64,000 nt of DNA from Octopus vulgaris. Taxonomy: Eukaryota. A program made the position numbers and the translations under genes. Where the stretch lies: NCBI GenBank assembly GCA_951406725.2, contig OX597824.1:80786001-80850000 (forward strand), given 5' to 3'. Below are positions 15,219 to 29,724 of this stretch, one piece after another. Within the stretch, counting starts at the first letter, position 1. Each line of letters starts with the position of its first letter. The notes under the pieces are model-generated. The model ran no database searches and was not told the origin of the DNA. It saw only the letters and a program-made list of their open reading frames with translations.

Positions 15219-15963
15219 ATATGACAAATGAAACAGCAGTAATGTACCATTTTATTATTGTTTTAAGCTGAAAGCAACTCTTCCCACTGAGTAATATCTC
15301 TGATACTCCAGTTGCTTCTTCTTACCACTATGTGAGTTTCCTGTTGCTTGAATGATGTAAGGCGTACAGCGGAATATATTATGGGAAAATTATTTTTTAT
15401 ACAAAAACACATTTTTATGTAAAAATGCGATATTTTGAAGAAATCCCTTATGAAACAAATTGTAAGCTATTTTGGAAGCATTGGAATAATTTTGCTCAGA
15501 GCATTCCTCATATATCAAAATACTCACATGTGGGGTCTGTTGTTTTCAACTTGTTCATAATTTGCCCTACCTCGCCAGTAAATAATGAAGGAATATTATT
15601 CTGTTGTATAAATGAACAGTTGCGATTACGAAAATACCCAATAGGTTTATATGACATAACCTTTCTAGATAATCAATGGACATTTACGGAACACCTCAGC
15701 GATCCTCATAAATTATTCAAACAGAGCAATATAAAAGCCAATTATTCCACAAACACATGCAGCGTCGTCTGGGTTTAAGATCGTTATTTCAAGAGAAACA
15801 GCTATATTTTCACAAAGCGAACCGGGATTAAAAATTTGAATTTGAAATGAAAGATGAGAAGGAGGATGATACAAAGAGTTGAGATATTAAAATCTTTAGC
15901 GTTTTATACGTTTTATACGAACGTTGTATACAAGGAAAACGATTTCGTTATATATCAGATTCG

Positions 15964-16390
15964 AAGGCGGTGATCTGGCAGAATCGTTAGCACGTCGGGC
16001 GAAATGCTTAGCGGTATTTCGTCTGCCGCTACGTTCTGAGTTCAAATTCCGCCGAGGTCGATTTTTGCCTTTCATCCTTTCGGGGTCGATAAATAAGGTA
16101 CCAGTTTCACTCTGGGGTTGATGTAATCGACTTAATCAGTTTGTTTGTCCTTGTTTGTTGTCCCCTCTGTATGTAGCCCCTTGTGGGTAGTAAAGAAATA
16201 GGTATTTTGTCTCCCACTACGTTCTGAGTTCAAATTCTGCCGAGGTCGACTTTGCCTTTCATCCTTTCGGGGTCGATAAATAAAGTACCCGTTTCACACT
16301 GGGCTCGATGTAATCGACTTAATCCCTTTGTCTGTCCTTGTTTGTCCCCTCTGTATGTAGCTCCTTGTGGGTAGTACAGAAATATAAATA
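15964..16390 (+). mobile_element. SINE family A dimer
   Basis: One head plus two body units; 12-bp TSD ATATCAGATTCG (15952-15963, 16391-16402). Confidence 0.9.
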
Positions 16391-16695
16391 ATATCAGATT
16401 CGTTTGACACAATAGAAACTTAAACCAAACGGTAGATAACTGCAGCTTTGAAAGTCTGTCTTGTATTTCATGTATAACTAGTGCCCGAGCAATTACAAAG
16501 TGTTCCACATCAATACAACAGAAAACAATTGGTAATACTCTGTCTTAGGCTGAAACAGTAAAATAATTCGACAGCCGACGATACTGACATGAGATCTTTC
16601 AATCACTTTTCGCACTTGAAGCTCGGCTAACAATAAACACATAAACAAAAATAGGTAAATGCGAATAAAAATGAGGGTAAATCTACTGATGCAGT

Positions 16696-17084
16696 GGAGT
16701 GGAAGCACTCCGTCGGTTACGACGACGAGGGTTCCGGTTGATCCGAATCAACGGAACAGCCTGCTCGTGAAATTAACGTGTAAGTGGCTGAGCACTCCAC
16801 AGACACGTGTACCCTTAACGTAGTTCTCGGGGATATTCAGCGTGACACAGAGAGTGACAAGACCAGCCCTTTGAAATACAGGTACAACAGAAACAGGAAG
16901 TAAGAGTGAGAGAAAGTTGTGGTGAAAGAGTACAGCAGGGATCACCACCATCCCCTGCCGGAGCCCCGTGGAGCTCTAGGTGTTTTCGCTCAATAAACAC
17001 TCACAACGCCCGGTCTGGGAATCGAAACCGCGATCCTATGACCATGAGTCCGCTGCCCTAACCACTGGGCCATTGCGCCTCGAC
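16696..17084 (-). mobile_element. SINE family B, full length
   Basis: Near-identical to 7032-7418; 11-bp TSD ACTGATGCAGT (16685-16695, 17085-17095). Confidence 0.92.
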
Positions 17085-17718
17085 ACTGATGCAGTAGATT
17101 TACCCTTAGTCAATTTTGAATAATACTCAAACCTGTTGTAGCTTGCACAAAGGCACTAGCACAAAGGCACAGACACGAAAATATGACGGATCTACACGGG
17201 GCCCGTCCAAGTATCATCTGAGCATTCGAAAGATGCCACTCCGCTCACTCGGAGGACAAGCCAACTTTCCTCCTGAACGGAACGCCAATCTGCTATAGGG
17301 TTACTCTTTTATAGCAGGGTGGAGTGAAGAGTTTTGCTCAAGAACACAAGGCAGCACCGCTCTGCGAGTGGAAAGCATAACCTTGCGATTTTACCCGCAA
17401 CAACCCAAACACTGGGCCATTGCCTTTGGCATATATGTGTGTTTGTGTGCTTGTATTTAACAGCGTCATTAAGCGTTTGTGAATCGTTTCTTTGACGTTG
17501 TACCTCTCTTTCTTACTGTTTGTCTGTCCGTCTGTCTGTCTGTCTGCCGGTCTGTCTGTCTATCTGTCTCTCTCTCTCACTGTTTCTCTCTTTACCTGTT
17601 ATTCGTACACATTTGTATCAATTTACGTACAAAACCCTATTTCCTTCATATGAAATATGCTGATCGCTAAAAATATAACCCATACCAAATGCAAGTCAAT
17701 AACATTTCCAAAATGGGG

Positions 17719-17758
<40 letters not shown>

Positions 17759-18888
17759 ACACTCACATATACATACATATATACATATATACATACATAT
17801 ATATGCAATCCTCATCTACCTACATATACATATATATTTGAATGACCCAGGGACCCTCTGCGATCTGAAAACGATTCATTTGGAATTAAAGACGCTGCAA
17901 ATTGTGTAAATGGGAAAAAGCTAATATTTCCCTACCGTCCTACAATGCAGCCTATTATGAAAATGGCCGACTCTTTGCTCCTTGCACGTATTTCTTTTTC
18001 TTTTCTTTTCTAGTGAGAAATTCGATTGCTCAATCTTCTGATTTAATGGCATGCGTTCGTTAGTCGCTGACAAATGAAATTTACAATGAATTCGTAAAGA
18101 AGGTACAGTCTTTGGCTTCGTGTGTGCCTGCACAAACACACACACACTCACACATATATATATATATATACACTTTGATATATACATATGTATGTATGTG
18201 TATATACATATGAATGTATATAAATAGTCTTTGGCTTCGTGTGCGCGTGTTTATATATATACATATATGTATGTGTGTGTGTGTATATATACATACATAT
18301 ATATATATATACACTTTCATATATACATATGTATATGTATGTATGCATGTATTTATATATATGTATATATATATACATATATAAATGTATATATACATAT
18401 ATATGTGTGTGTGTGTGTGTGTACATATATACATACATAGCATATGCGTATGCATATGTATATATATATATATATGTGTGTGTGTGCATATATGCATACA
18501 TACATAGCATATGTATATATGTTTAGGTTTATATGCATATGATTTTTGTTATATACTCGAGTATGTGTGTGTGTAAGATTATGTGTGAAAGTATGTATTT
18601 TGGTAATGAGTTATGGAATATCTTTGGAAAACTAATTCTACATTTTCAGGCTGATAAGGAATATATACTATAAAATTCGCATACACATACATGAGCTCAC
18701 ACGCATACGCAACCTGTACATACGTACGAACATTGTTACGTACATACATACACACATACATACATATGTAAAGTCACCGGTACGCATACAACCACAAACA
18801 TACAAACACATACACACACAAACTTATCAGTCTTCTTGGCAATCTCACCCTCTCTCTGTGCCCATCTCTACTTTTCCCCTCCATCATC

Positions 18889-18936
<48 letters not shown>

Positions 18937-19499
18937 TCTATCTGTCTATCTAGCTAGCTAGCTATCTCTATCTGTCTTTCTCTTTAATTTCATGATTGTG
19001 GCAAAATCAAGCGTTATAAGTTCAGCTGCACTAGAATTCCAACGGCAAAAAAAATAGGAGAAATGAGCAATCGAAATTTCAAAAAGAAATCTGCAGAATA
19101 TGAACCAACTCATCGTTTGTATGTGTTCAATCGATGAATGAGAAACAGTAGCTGAATCTTTCCCCGATCACAATCCTGCATCTTAAATATTAGAATGACG
19201 CAAAATCTAGTTTTTCTGCCTAGAGCAGATGGTGTCCTCCAGTTCGAAAAAAGAAACTTGTCTATGTGTTCGCACCAGCTAAAAATTTCGGATTTGGAAT
19301 TAAGCAGTGTGGATGGATACTTGAATATGAAAACAATGACTCCAGTCCAATGGCATAAATAAAAAAGATAAAACATGGAAAAATCATTGATATTCAGGGT
19401 TCAAACAAGGCGTCATATCTACCTTCTAATCAATATAAAATGTTGCATAATCAAGCGATTATATAGTCGCCCTTTAAAAATTTCTATTTCAACTTTTTA

Positions 19500-19892
19500 C
19501 ACTTTACTCATTTACTTATTTCAGTCATTTGACTGCGGCCATGCTGGGGCACCGCTTTTAGCCGAGCAAATCGACCCCAGGACTTATTCTTTGTAAGCCT
19601 AGTATTTATTCTATCGGTGTCTTTTGCCGAACCTCTAAGTTGCGAGGACGAAAGCACACCAGCATCGGTTGTCAAGCGATGTTGGGGTGACAAACACAGA
19701 CATACACACACATACATATACATATATACGAGGGGCTTCTTTTCAGTTTCCGTCAACCAAATCCATTCACAAGGCTTCGGTCGGCCCGAGGCTATAGTAG
19801 TAGACACTTGCTCAAGGTGCCACGCAGTGGGGCTGAACCTGGAACCATGTGGTTGGTAAGCAAGCTACTTACCACACAGCCACTCCTGCGTC
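19500..19892 (-). mobile_element. SINE family C, full length
   Basis: Reverse complement of the 8680-9095 element. Confidence 0.88.
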
Positions 19893-20561
19893 TATAAAGG
19901 AAACATAGTTAATCATCCCTAAAAAATGTATCATGCCATGTTTTTCTTAGATTTTGTTGAACCTTTTGCATGTTATACCATGCAAATATTCAGTCTTTTT
20001 TCCCCCGTATCTTCGTATTCTCGAAGATATATGCATACTGCAAGAAGGATGCCATGCTTTCACCTAGATATCATCACTATCATTTGCATTCACAACGGAT
20101 ATCCGTGCCTAAAACGATATATATATCCTCCCACAGATATACAATGATTTCATCTCGGGCCGCATCGTTTCATACGCATTTTCAACAGATATGCAGTGCC
20201 TCTATATACTTAGATATATAATCTGTCGAATAAATTGTATTCACGACCGATGTCCATGCCTCTAGTGATATCTACATTATTTTTTTCCATCGTATCCTGC
20301 AGATTTCCAATCATATCACACGTGCCTTCTCTTACTTTAAATGATATGCGATGCCTCAGTATTTTTCCGTTGCATAATTTGCAATTTCTACCGATATCTA
20401 TGCCTCTAGCGTTACATCCACGTCTTCACCTTTATTATGTCGTATCATTTGCATCGAGAATCGATATCCACAACTCAACTGATACGCCAGGCCTTCGCCT
20501 GGATATATATATGTATATATATATATGTGTGTGTGTGCGTGTGTGTGTTTGTGTGTGTGTG

Positions 20562-20620
<59 letters not shown>

Positions 20621-20860
20621 GCAAACACACACATACATACAAATTTGCATGTTTGTATGCTTGTATGTGTAAGCATATATAAATATATGTGTGTGTGTGT
20701 GTGTTTATGTAAGCATTTGAGTATATATATATGCATGTATATAAATATATACATATATTTTATACGTATATATATTTACATATAAATATACATACATACA
20801 TACATACATACATACATACATACGTACATACGTACATACATACATACATACATACATACA

Positions 20861-20895
<35 letters not shown>

Positions 20896-21279
20896 CTATA
20901 TATATATCTATCCATTGGCAGACTCAAGCGATATATCATGCTTCTAGTCGTATACCAATAGCATGCCAAACAGCGATGTTTTTGTTCTTATCATTTGCTA
21001 TTTTTCAATGCTGTTATCATTTGCTTTCTCAGGTATCTCATATCAGACCAATAACATTCAACTATTATTATCTCACTAGACAATACACCCGTAACATGAA
21101 CGATATTAGTTTCCTCGACGAAAAACTAAGCGCTTAGCTTCAATTAATTGCATTGAACTGGCTTCAGCTGGCTTACACAGTAATTTTAACTCGTAGAGAA
21201 GAAAGTGGATGAAGACTTGGAGATGGAGAAATATAAATAATATAAAGAATATGAATAGCATAAATAAATAATAATAATA

Positions 21280-21330
<51 letters not shown>

Positions 21331-21335
21331 GTAAC

Positions 21336-21367
<32 letters not shown>

Positions 21368-21426
21368 TGATGATGATAATAATAATGATAATAATAATAA
21401 TAATAATGATGATGATGATGATGATG

Positions 21427-21462
<36 letters not shown>

Positions 21463-21495
21463 TTAATTATAATAATAATGATAATAATAATAATG

Positions 21496-21570
<75 letters not shown>

Positions 21571-21817
21571 CAGTCATTATTCATGTTCTCTGTTACAGTG
21601 TAGTGTTTTCTCTGAGGCATCTTACAAATCACTCAATTAGCATCACATGTATATATACACACATATACATATATAGACACATACAGAAACACTCACTTGC
21701 ACACACACACAAACACACACACACACACACACACATGCGCACACACTTTGCAAACAACTGCGATCGCACACACGCATATAAGTATTTATTTGCCCTCTTT
21801 TTCTTTGTCTTTCCGAC

Positions 21818-21928
21818 ATCATCATCATCATCATCTTCTTCTTCTTCTTCTTCTTCTTCTTCCTCATCATCATCATCATCACCATCATCATCTCTTTCTT
21901 CTTCTTTTTCCTCTTCTTTTTCTTCTTC

Positions 21929-21970
<42 letters not shown>

Positions 21971-22380
21971 TCTATTTTCTACTTCTTCTTCTCCTTCTTC
22001 TTCTTCTTCTTCTTCTTCTTCTTCTTCTTCTTCTTCTTCTTCTCCTTCTTCTTCTTCTTCTTCTTCTTCATCATCATCATCATCACCATCATCATCTCTT
22101 TCTTCTTTTTCTTTTTCTTCTTCTTCATCATCATCATCATCTCTTTTTTCTACTTCTTCTTCTCTTCTCCTTCTTCTTCTTCTTCTCCTTCTTCTTCTTC
22201 TCCTTCTTCTTCTACTTCATCTTCATCATCATCATCATCATCATCATCTCTTTTTTTCTACTTCTTCTCCTTCTCCTTCTTCTTCGTCTTCTTCTTCTTC
22301 TTCTTCTTCTTCTACTTCTTCTTCTTCTTCTTCTTCTTCTTCGTCTTCTTCTTCTTCATCATCATCATCATCAACATCAT
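21818..22380. repeat. Compound (TCT)n/(TCA)n microsatellite
   Basis: Read directly; explains the poly-S/L/H ORFs. Related (GAA)n tracts at 35225-35312, 59595-59705 and 63138-63197. Confidence 0.95.
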
Positions 22381-22539
22381 TGAAGATGATATCGCGCAGT
22401 ATCCAATATCGTGATGATGTGGATTGAAAATATTGTCCCTACCGAGGCGGGGTTGTATTGTTTGTCAAGTCATTGTTTGTAATCGACTAAACCTTTAGTT
22501 TTGTTTAACATTAATGATTATCTCAAATTAAGTCAGTAA

Positions 22540-23195
22540 TTATAAATATGAAATTATAAATAAGAAAAATGAAATTATAAATATGAAATCTCTATATATA
22601 AAACTGTAGTTGTGTGAGTGTCTGTCCCCTTCGATTTAGATTCCTAACTACTCCCACATTTTGCGGTGCAGTTTAACCAAATTCGGGTATCTTATAGTCG
22701 TGATTCATATCGAGCCCGTCTGGCTATTAGCGCGCGTCTACGATGCGTCTACGATTTTAAAAATAATTTAACATCATTTTTTATTCCATTTTAATGCATA
22801 ATTTTTCGTGTGTCGATGGCGGCGGAGTTGGCTTCCATGGTCACACCTGCACCTGTTTGCTTCTCCCCCTTCTTCCCTCCCTCGTGAAGCTGTGGGGAAG
22901 GGAGTGTAAGGAAATCAACGTAGTAAAGCGTTGTCAAGGAGACCAGCGTTCTTTTAGAACAACGACTTCATGGCTTGAAGACACCAAAACAGAAATAGCT
23001 AAGAAAGCCCGAATTGGCATCTATAAGGGAAGTAACTCTCTAAAAATGCTTATATAGTTATTTCCCTTACAAACCCGAGCAACGCCGGGCGATACTGCTA
23101 GTTATAAATAAGAAAAATGAAATTATAAATATGAAATTATAAATAAGAAAAATGAACTTATAAATAAGAAAAATGAAATTATAAATATGAAATTC
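22540..23195. repeat. AT-rich minisatellite (14- and 21-bp units) split by the Helitron
   Basis: TTATAAATATGAAA and TTATAAATAAGAAAAATGAAA alternate on both sides of 22589-23101. Confidence 0.8.
22589..23101 (+). mobile_element. Non-autonomous Helitron (513 bp)
   Basis: Starts TCTCTATATATAAAA, ends CTAG (23098-23101), subterminal hairpin CCCGAGCAACGCCGGG (23074-23089), inserted between A and T with no TSD. Confidence 0.85.
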
Positions 23196-23607
23196 AAATG
23201 TTACTGACTGGCAGAATCTAGAATTCAAAACATTGGTGAGTATACTGTTATTACTATTTAGCAACAGTTTTCCTCTTGGGCTATCTTTGTCAGTGGTTTT
23301 AAGCGAAATTTTTATCAATTTCAAATTATAGTACAAGGCGGGTTGATTAAGTCAACCCCTGTGTCCAACTATTATCTATTTTATCGATCTTGTGAAAAAA
23401 ATGTAAGGGTAGTGAACCTCCTGGAATTTGAACTCAGATCGTGCAGGCGTATGAAATGACGGTAAGCATTTTTGCCTGACGGGCTTACGATTCTGCCACC
23501 CCGTTGCCTAAAAGCGCAGTGCGAATTAAACGCCTTATACTAATGCTCGCACACTATCTTAAAGAAAGCAGCGAGATATAATTTCATCAATGTATCTCTC
23601 TTTATTT

Positions 23608-23859
23608 GTGGAGGCGCATGGCTTAGTGGTTAGAGTGTCAGCATCATGATCGTAAGATTGTAGCTTCGATTCCTGGACCGGGCGACGCGTTGTGTTCTTG
23701 AGCAAAACACTTCTTTCACGTTGCTCCAGTCCACTCAGCTGGCAAAAATGCATAACGCTGCGATGGACTGGCGTCCCATCCAGCTGGGGAATACATACAC
23801 CATTGAAACCGGGAAACCGGGTCCATGAGCCTGGCTAGGGCGCATTTATTTATTATTAT
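23608..23859 (+). mobile_element. SINE family D with tail T3
   Basis: Same head and CORE-like block as 2625, different tail; 15-bp TSD TATCTCTCTTTATTT (23593-23607, 23860-23874). An older related copy lies on the minus strand at ~17210-17428. Confidence 0.88.
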
Positions 23860-24212
23860 TATCTCTCTTTATTTATGATTATTTTTTTGCCTGCTCAAAT
23901 TCCGCCGAGGTCGACTTTGCCTTTCACCCTTCAGGGTTCGATAAATTACGTATCAGCTGCGTACTGGGGTTGATCTAAATGACTGGCCCCTTCCCCCAAA
24001 AATTCGGGCCATGAGCCTAGTGTAGAAAAGATTTTTTTTGCCTCATGTTTGAGTTATGTCCGATGATCATGTAACCTCTTTTTGATATAATAAAGTAAAC
24101 GATTATTCCAGAACTAAATATATTTAAAGATCTTGGAGAATACGGGTCAGAGTACGATAAAAAGATTCAAGAACACTAGTTTAAAGAGTTGCACAATTCT
24201 TCTTTTAGACGT

Positions 24213-24540
24213 TTGATTCCCAGACCGGGCGTTGTGAGTGTTTATTGAGCGAAAACACCTAAAGCTCCACGAGGCTCTGGCAGGGGATGGTGGTGATCCC
24301 TGCTGTACTCTTTCACCACAACTTTCTCTCACTCTTACTTCCTGTTTCTGTTGTACCTGTATTTCAAAGGGCCGGCCTTGTCACTCTCTGTGTCACGCTG
24401 AATATCTCCGAGAACTACGTTCAGGGTACACGTGTCTGTGGAGTGCTCAGCCACTTACACGTTAATTTCACGAGCAGGCTGTTCCGTTGATTCGGATCAA
24501 CCGGAACCCTCATCGTCGTAACCGACGGAGTGCTCCCACA
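24213..24540 (+). mobile_element. SINE family B, 5'-truncated
   Basis: Starts within the B box; 8-bp TSD TTAGACGT (24205-24212, 24543-24550). Confidence 0.88.
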
Positions 24541-25134
24541 TATTAGACGTATGAAATAAAATGCGATAGGAAGAAAGTTTTATGCAAAAAACGCAATGCT
24601 GAAATACAAACTCCCAAAACCGATTTAAGTAAGCACGCCATTTCAGTTAACTAAAACATACTGCCATTGCCAAAAAGCAAAAAAAAAAAAAACAAAGAAA
24701 CTACAGTTAACTGAAATTGTAGCTTGTCATTCAAATAATCGTAGCATTGATCATTTAGAAGGACTCAAAGAAATTATTTCGGCTATCTCTCACTCTGTCA
24801 CCCCCGCCCACTCCATACACATCTATATGTAGCATTGCTGTAATCATTGTTTATGTGTCTGTGTTTGTCCCCCTAGCATTGCTTGACAACCGATGCTGGT
24901 GTGTTTATGTCCCCGTTACTTAGCGGTTCGGCAAAAGAGACCGATAGAATAAGTACTGGGCTTACAAAAAGAATAAGTCCCGGGGTCGAGTTGCTCGACT
25001 AAAGGCGGTGCTCCAGCATGGTCACAGTCAAATGACTGAAACAAGTAAAAGAGTAAAAGAGTATTACTGTATGGATAGGCTGAATAATGGTTAGTAAATA
25101 ACAGTCAATAAATAACAGTTATTCTGAATTTTGT

Positions 25135-25654
25135 GTGGAGGCGCAATGGCCAAGTGGTTATAACAGCGGACTCACGGTAGTAGGATCGCGGTTTCGATTC
25201 CCAGACCGGGTATCGTGAGTGTTTATTGAGCGAAATTACTTAAAGCTCCACGTTGCTCCGGCAGTGGGTGGTGGTGGTGAACCCTGCTGTACTCTTTCAC
25301 CACAACTTTCTCTCACTCTTTGTTTCTGTTGTACCTGTATTTCAAAGGGCCAGCCTTGTCACACTCTGTGTCATGCTGTATCTCACCGAGAACTACGTTA
25401 AGGGCAAACGTGTCTGTGGAATACTCGGCCACTTGCACGTTAATAAATGAGCTGCGACGTTAATGGTGCCAAGCTGTATCGGCCATTGCCTTTCCATTGG
25501 ATAACATCAGTGGCGCGGTGAGCGGAGGCTGGTATGTATGGACGACTGCTGATCTTCCATAAGCAATCTTACTCGGACTTCTACTTAGGGTGGGGGGCGT
25601 TTTTAGGTGCAATCTCATGGTCAATCATGACCGAAGGGGGTCTTTACCCTTTTT
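25135..25654 (+). mobile_element. Chimeric SINE: family B head and body joined to the tail seen at 2750-2945
   Basis: B sequence to ...CACTTGCACGTTAAT (~25444), then AAATGAGCTGCGACG...GGTGCCAAGCTGTATCGGCC...CATGACCGA. Confidence 0.82.
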
Positions 25655-25655
25655 A

Positions 25656-25852
25656 CTGAGACAAGTGGAAAACTTTAAGTATCGTGGGACCGTATTCACG
25701 AATGATGGGAATTTGGCGGCTGAATAAGGGGGCTCGAATTGAAGGTGCCCGCACAATAATGCGCCGTTTCAAGCATTCGATCCATCCTCAGAGGAGGAGA
25801 GATTAGTAAAAAGACACAAAACACGCTGTCTTCAGTTCGGCTTTCGTGTCTA
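25656..25852 (+). mobile_element. RTE-clade LINE fragment, left part (interrupted by mariner)
   Basis: Translates LRQVENFKYRGTVFTNDG...ARI...MR...FVSI, matching the RTE post-RT 'V..FKYLG' region. Confidence 0.65.
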
Positions 25853-26802
25853 TACAAGGTAGTCTCAAAAGGTTCCCAGACTAACTACATTTTAGAAAGA
25901 GTTAACTTAATTTACCACATTTCCAGGAGAGACGCACGTGGTAGGTCTTCCAGATCGCTCATTATCTTCCAGGGACTTCTTTCCGCTTTTCATGCGCCCA
26001 TACCACTTGAAACATTGCGTACAACCCATTGCCTCGTCACCGTACGCTTGCCGAAGCATGCTCAATGTTTCTGTAGCATACTTCCCAAGTTTAACGCAAA
26101 ATTTCACGTCGGATCTTTGTTCCTGAACAATGATAAAAACGCGGACAACTGCATACACGTGATCACAAAAACGCAAATTTCACAACATGCCAAGTAAACG
26201 CCGTGATATCACTCAACATACTGCCTCGTAAACGCCACTGAGCGGTTCGGCAAAAGGGGGCGATAGAATAAGTATCAGGGTTAACAAGAATAAGTTCCGG
26301 GCGCGATTTCTTCGACTTAAAGGCGGTGCTCCAGCATGGCCGCAGTCAGATCATTGAAACAAGTAAAAGAATAAAAGAATAAAAGAATATTCTTTTACTT
26401 GTTTCAGTCATTTTATTGCGGTCATGCTGGAGCAACGCCTTTAGTCGAGGAAATCGACCTCAGGATTTATTCTTTGGAAGCCGAGTACTTAGTCTATCAG
26501 TCTGTTTTGCCGAACCGCTAAGTTACGGGGACATAAACACACCAGCATCGGTGTGTTTACATATATACATATATACGACGGGCTTCTTTCAGTTTCCGTC
26601 TACCAAATCCACTCACAAAGCTTTGGCCGGCCCAAAGCTATAGTAGAAGACACTTGCCCCAGGTGTCACACAGTGGGACTGAATCCAGAACCACGTTGTT
26701 GGTAAGCAAGCTACTTACCTCTCATTGCGCACGCAGCCACGTGTTACCATCTGTTGGTGCGCTGCAGGACTAATCCGGGAACTTTTTTGTTTCCATCTCG
26801 AA
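25853..26802 (-). mobile_element. Internally deleted mariner transposon with N-terminal transposase (HTH) remnant
   Basis: ORF 25907-26176: EQRSDVKFCVKLGKYATETLSMLRQAYGDEAM...FKWYGRMKSGKKSLEDNERSGRP; degenerate TIRs at 25853-25883 (TACAAGGTAGTCTCAAAAGGTTCCCAGACTA) and 26771-26802; no DD34D domain remains. Confidence 0.85.
26240..26718. mobile_element. Partial duplicate of the tail-to-tail SINE C pair, inside the mariner
   Basis: Shares the junction and private variants with 29830-30297. Confidence 0.85.
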
Positions 26803-26992
26803 TCCACCTACGGTAATGAATTATGGCTTGCGGGAAAAACAGGGCGAACGTGAATACAAACATCTGAAATGAGATTCTTCCGAAAGGTCACTTCAGTTAC
26901 CTACACTTCACAGGGTTCGTAGCTCGAGAATCAGGAAGTATCTCCACCTTGAGCCATTACTTATATGCTTTGAAAGGTCACAGCTCCAGTAA
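26803..26992 (+). mobile_element. RTE-clade LINE fragment, right part
   Basis: Continues TYGNELW...IQTSEMRFFRKV...RVRSSRIRKYLHLEPLLICFERSQLQ, collinear with the left part. Confidence 0.7.
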
Positions 26993-27166
26993 TACTAATT
27001 ATTTTCCCTTTAATCTCCTATATTACTTCATTCTGTTCTTTCTTCTGATGAATGACCAAAGAGCGAAATGACAAGAATTCGTCTTTTATTCTTAAGCATT
27101 GAACTCAAAGAACATTTCTAAAACTTGTCACATCGTGTTTTCTTCTCTTTTGTACTTATTACCTTC

Positions 27167-27277
<111 letters not shown>

Positions 27278-27517
27278 GTATGTATATATATATATATATA
27301 CACATAATCATATATATATATATATTTATGTATATATATATGTGTGTGTTCATGCATGTGTGTTCGCGCACGTGTGTGTGTGTGTATGTGTGTGTGTGTG
27401 TGTATGTATGTGTGTGAGTATGCAACTAAAAGACGGGACACGTTATGACGTCCTATATAATTTTTCCACAAATTTAATTCTTTTGCTATGCACAGCATAC
27501 CATAATAGAACATTGAT

Positions 27518-28583
<1,066 letters not shown>

Positions 28584-29008
28584 GTGATTTCTTGATTTCT
28601 TTTTTATACATTATTATCGTTATAATTACCATTATTATATTTGTTATTATGAGTATTAATGATATTATTTACTTCTCTGTCTTGTAAGTTATTATATTTA
28701 ATATTATTTTTCCGCATTTTCTTTAGATGTCGTTATCTTTCTTTATTACTTCCAGTTCAAACAAGTGCAAAATTTCTGCCTGTCTGCCAGTCACCCTCTC
28801 ACTCCCTCATATATACATATATGTACATATATATAGGCGAAGGAGTGGGAGTGTGGTAAGTAGCTTGCATACCAACAGCATAGCTTCGGGTTCAGTCCCA
28901 CTGCGGGGCATCCTGGGCAAGTGTCTTCAACTATAGCCTCGAGCCGACCAATGGTATGTGAGTGGATTTGGTTGACGGAAACTGAAAGAAGCCCGTCGCA
29001 TATATATG

Positions 29009-29045
<37 letters not shown>

Positions 29046-29513
29046 ATATATGCATATATATATATATATTTATTTATTTATTTATGCATGCATGCATGTA
29101 TGTATGTATGTATGTATGTATGTATGTATGTATGTATGTATGTATGTTTGTATGTATGTATGTATGTTTGTATGTATGAAAAATACAAAATGGGACAACT
29201 ACACAAAACATCAAGATAGACGTTTCAAAGAAAACAAGGACTGGTTATTCGGAGGTTTTTTTCCTCCGTCGAGTTCCAGATTATCTTTGCAATTTCGGCT
29301 AGTACGTATGTACGTATATAATCTTTCAAGTAACAATATTTTTCTGATACATGTACAACACTGCAATAATAAAAACGAATTTCATTGTAACATACATGGA
29401 CACAAGAACAAAAAGACACAATGTCACACATCTACGTACATATTAAGGCACACTGATACACACATACATGCACACACAGTCACACATACTCGCATACACA
29501 CACAAAGACACAC

Positions 29514-29678
29514 AGGTGCAGGTGTAGCTGTGTGGTAAGAAGCTTGATTCCCAACCACATGGGTTTGGGTTCAGTCCCACTGCGTAGTGCCTAGGGCTAG
29601 TGTTTTCTTCTATAGCTTCGGGTTAACCAATGCCTTGTGAGTGGATCTGGTACACAGAAACTGAAAGAAGCCCATCAA

Positions 29679-29724
<46 letters not shown>

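Noticed and set aside
27040-27077. TTCTT-CTGATGA...GAAATGAC-AAGAA hammerhead-like string
   Set aside because: Stem II does not pair and the cleavage triplet is non-canonical; plausible by chance in AT-rich DNA.
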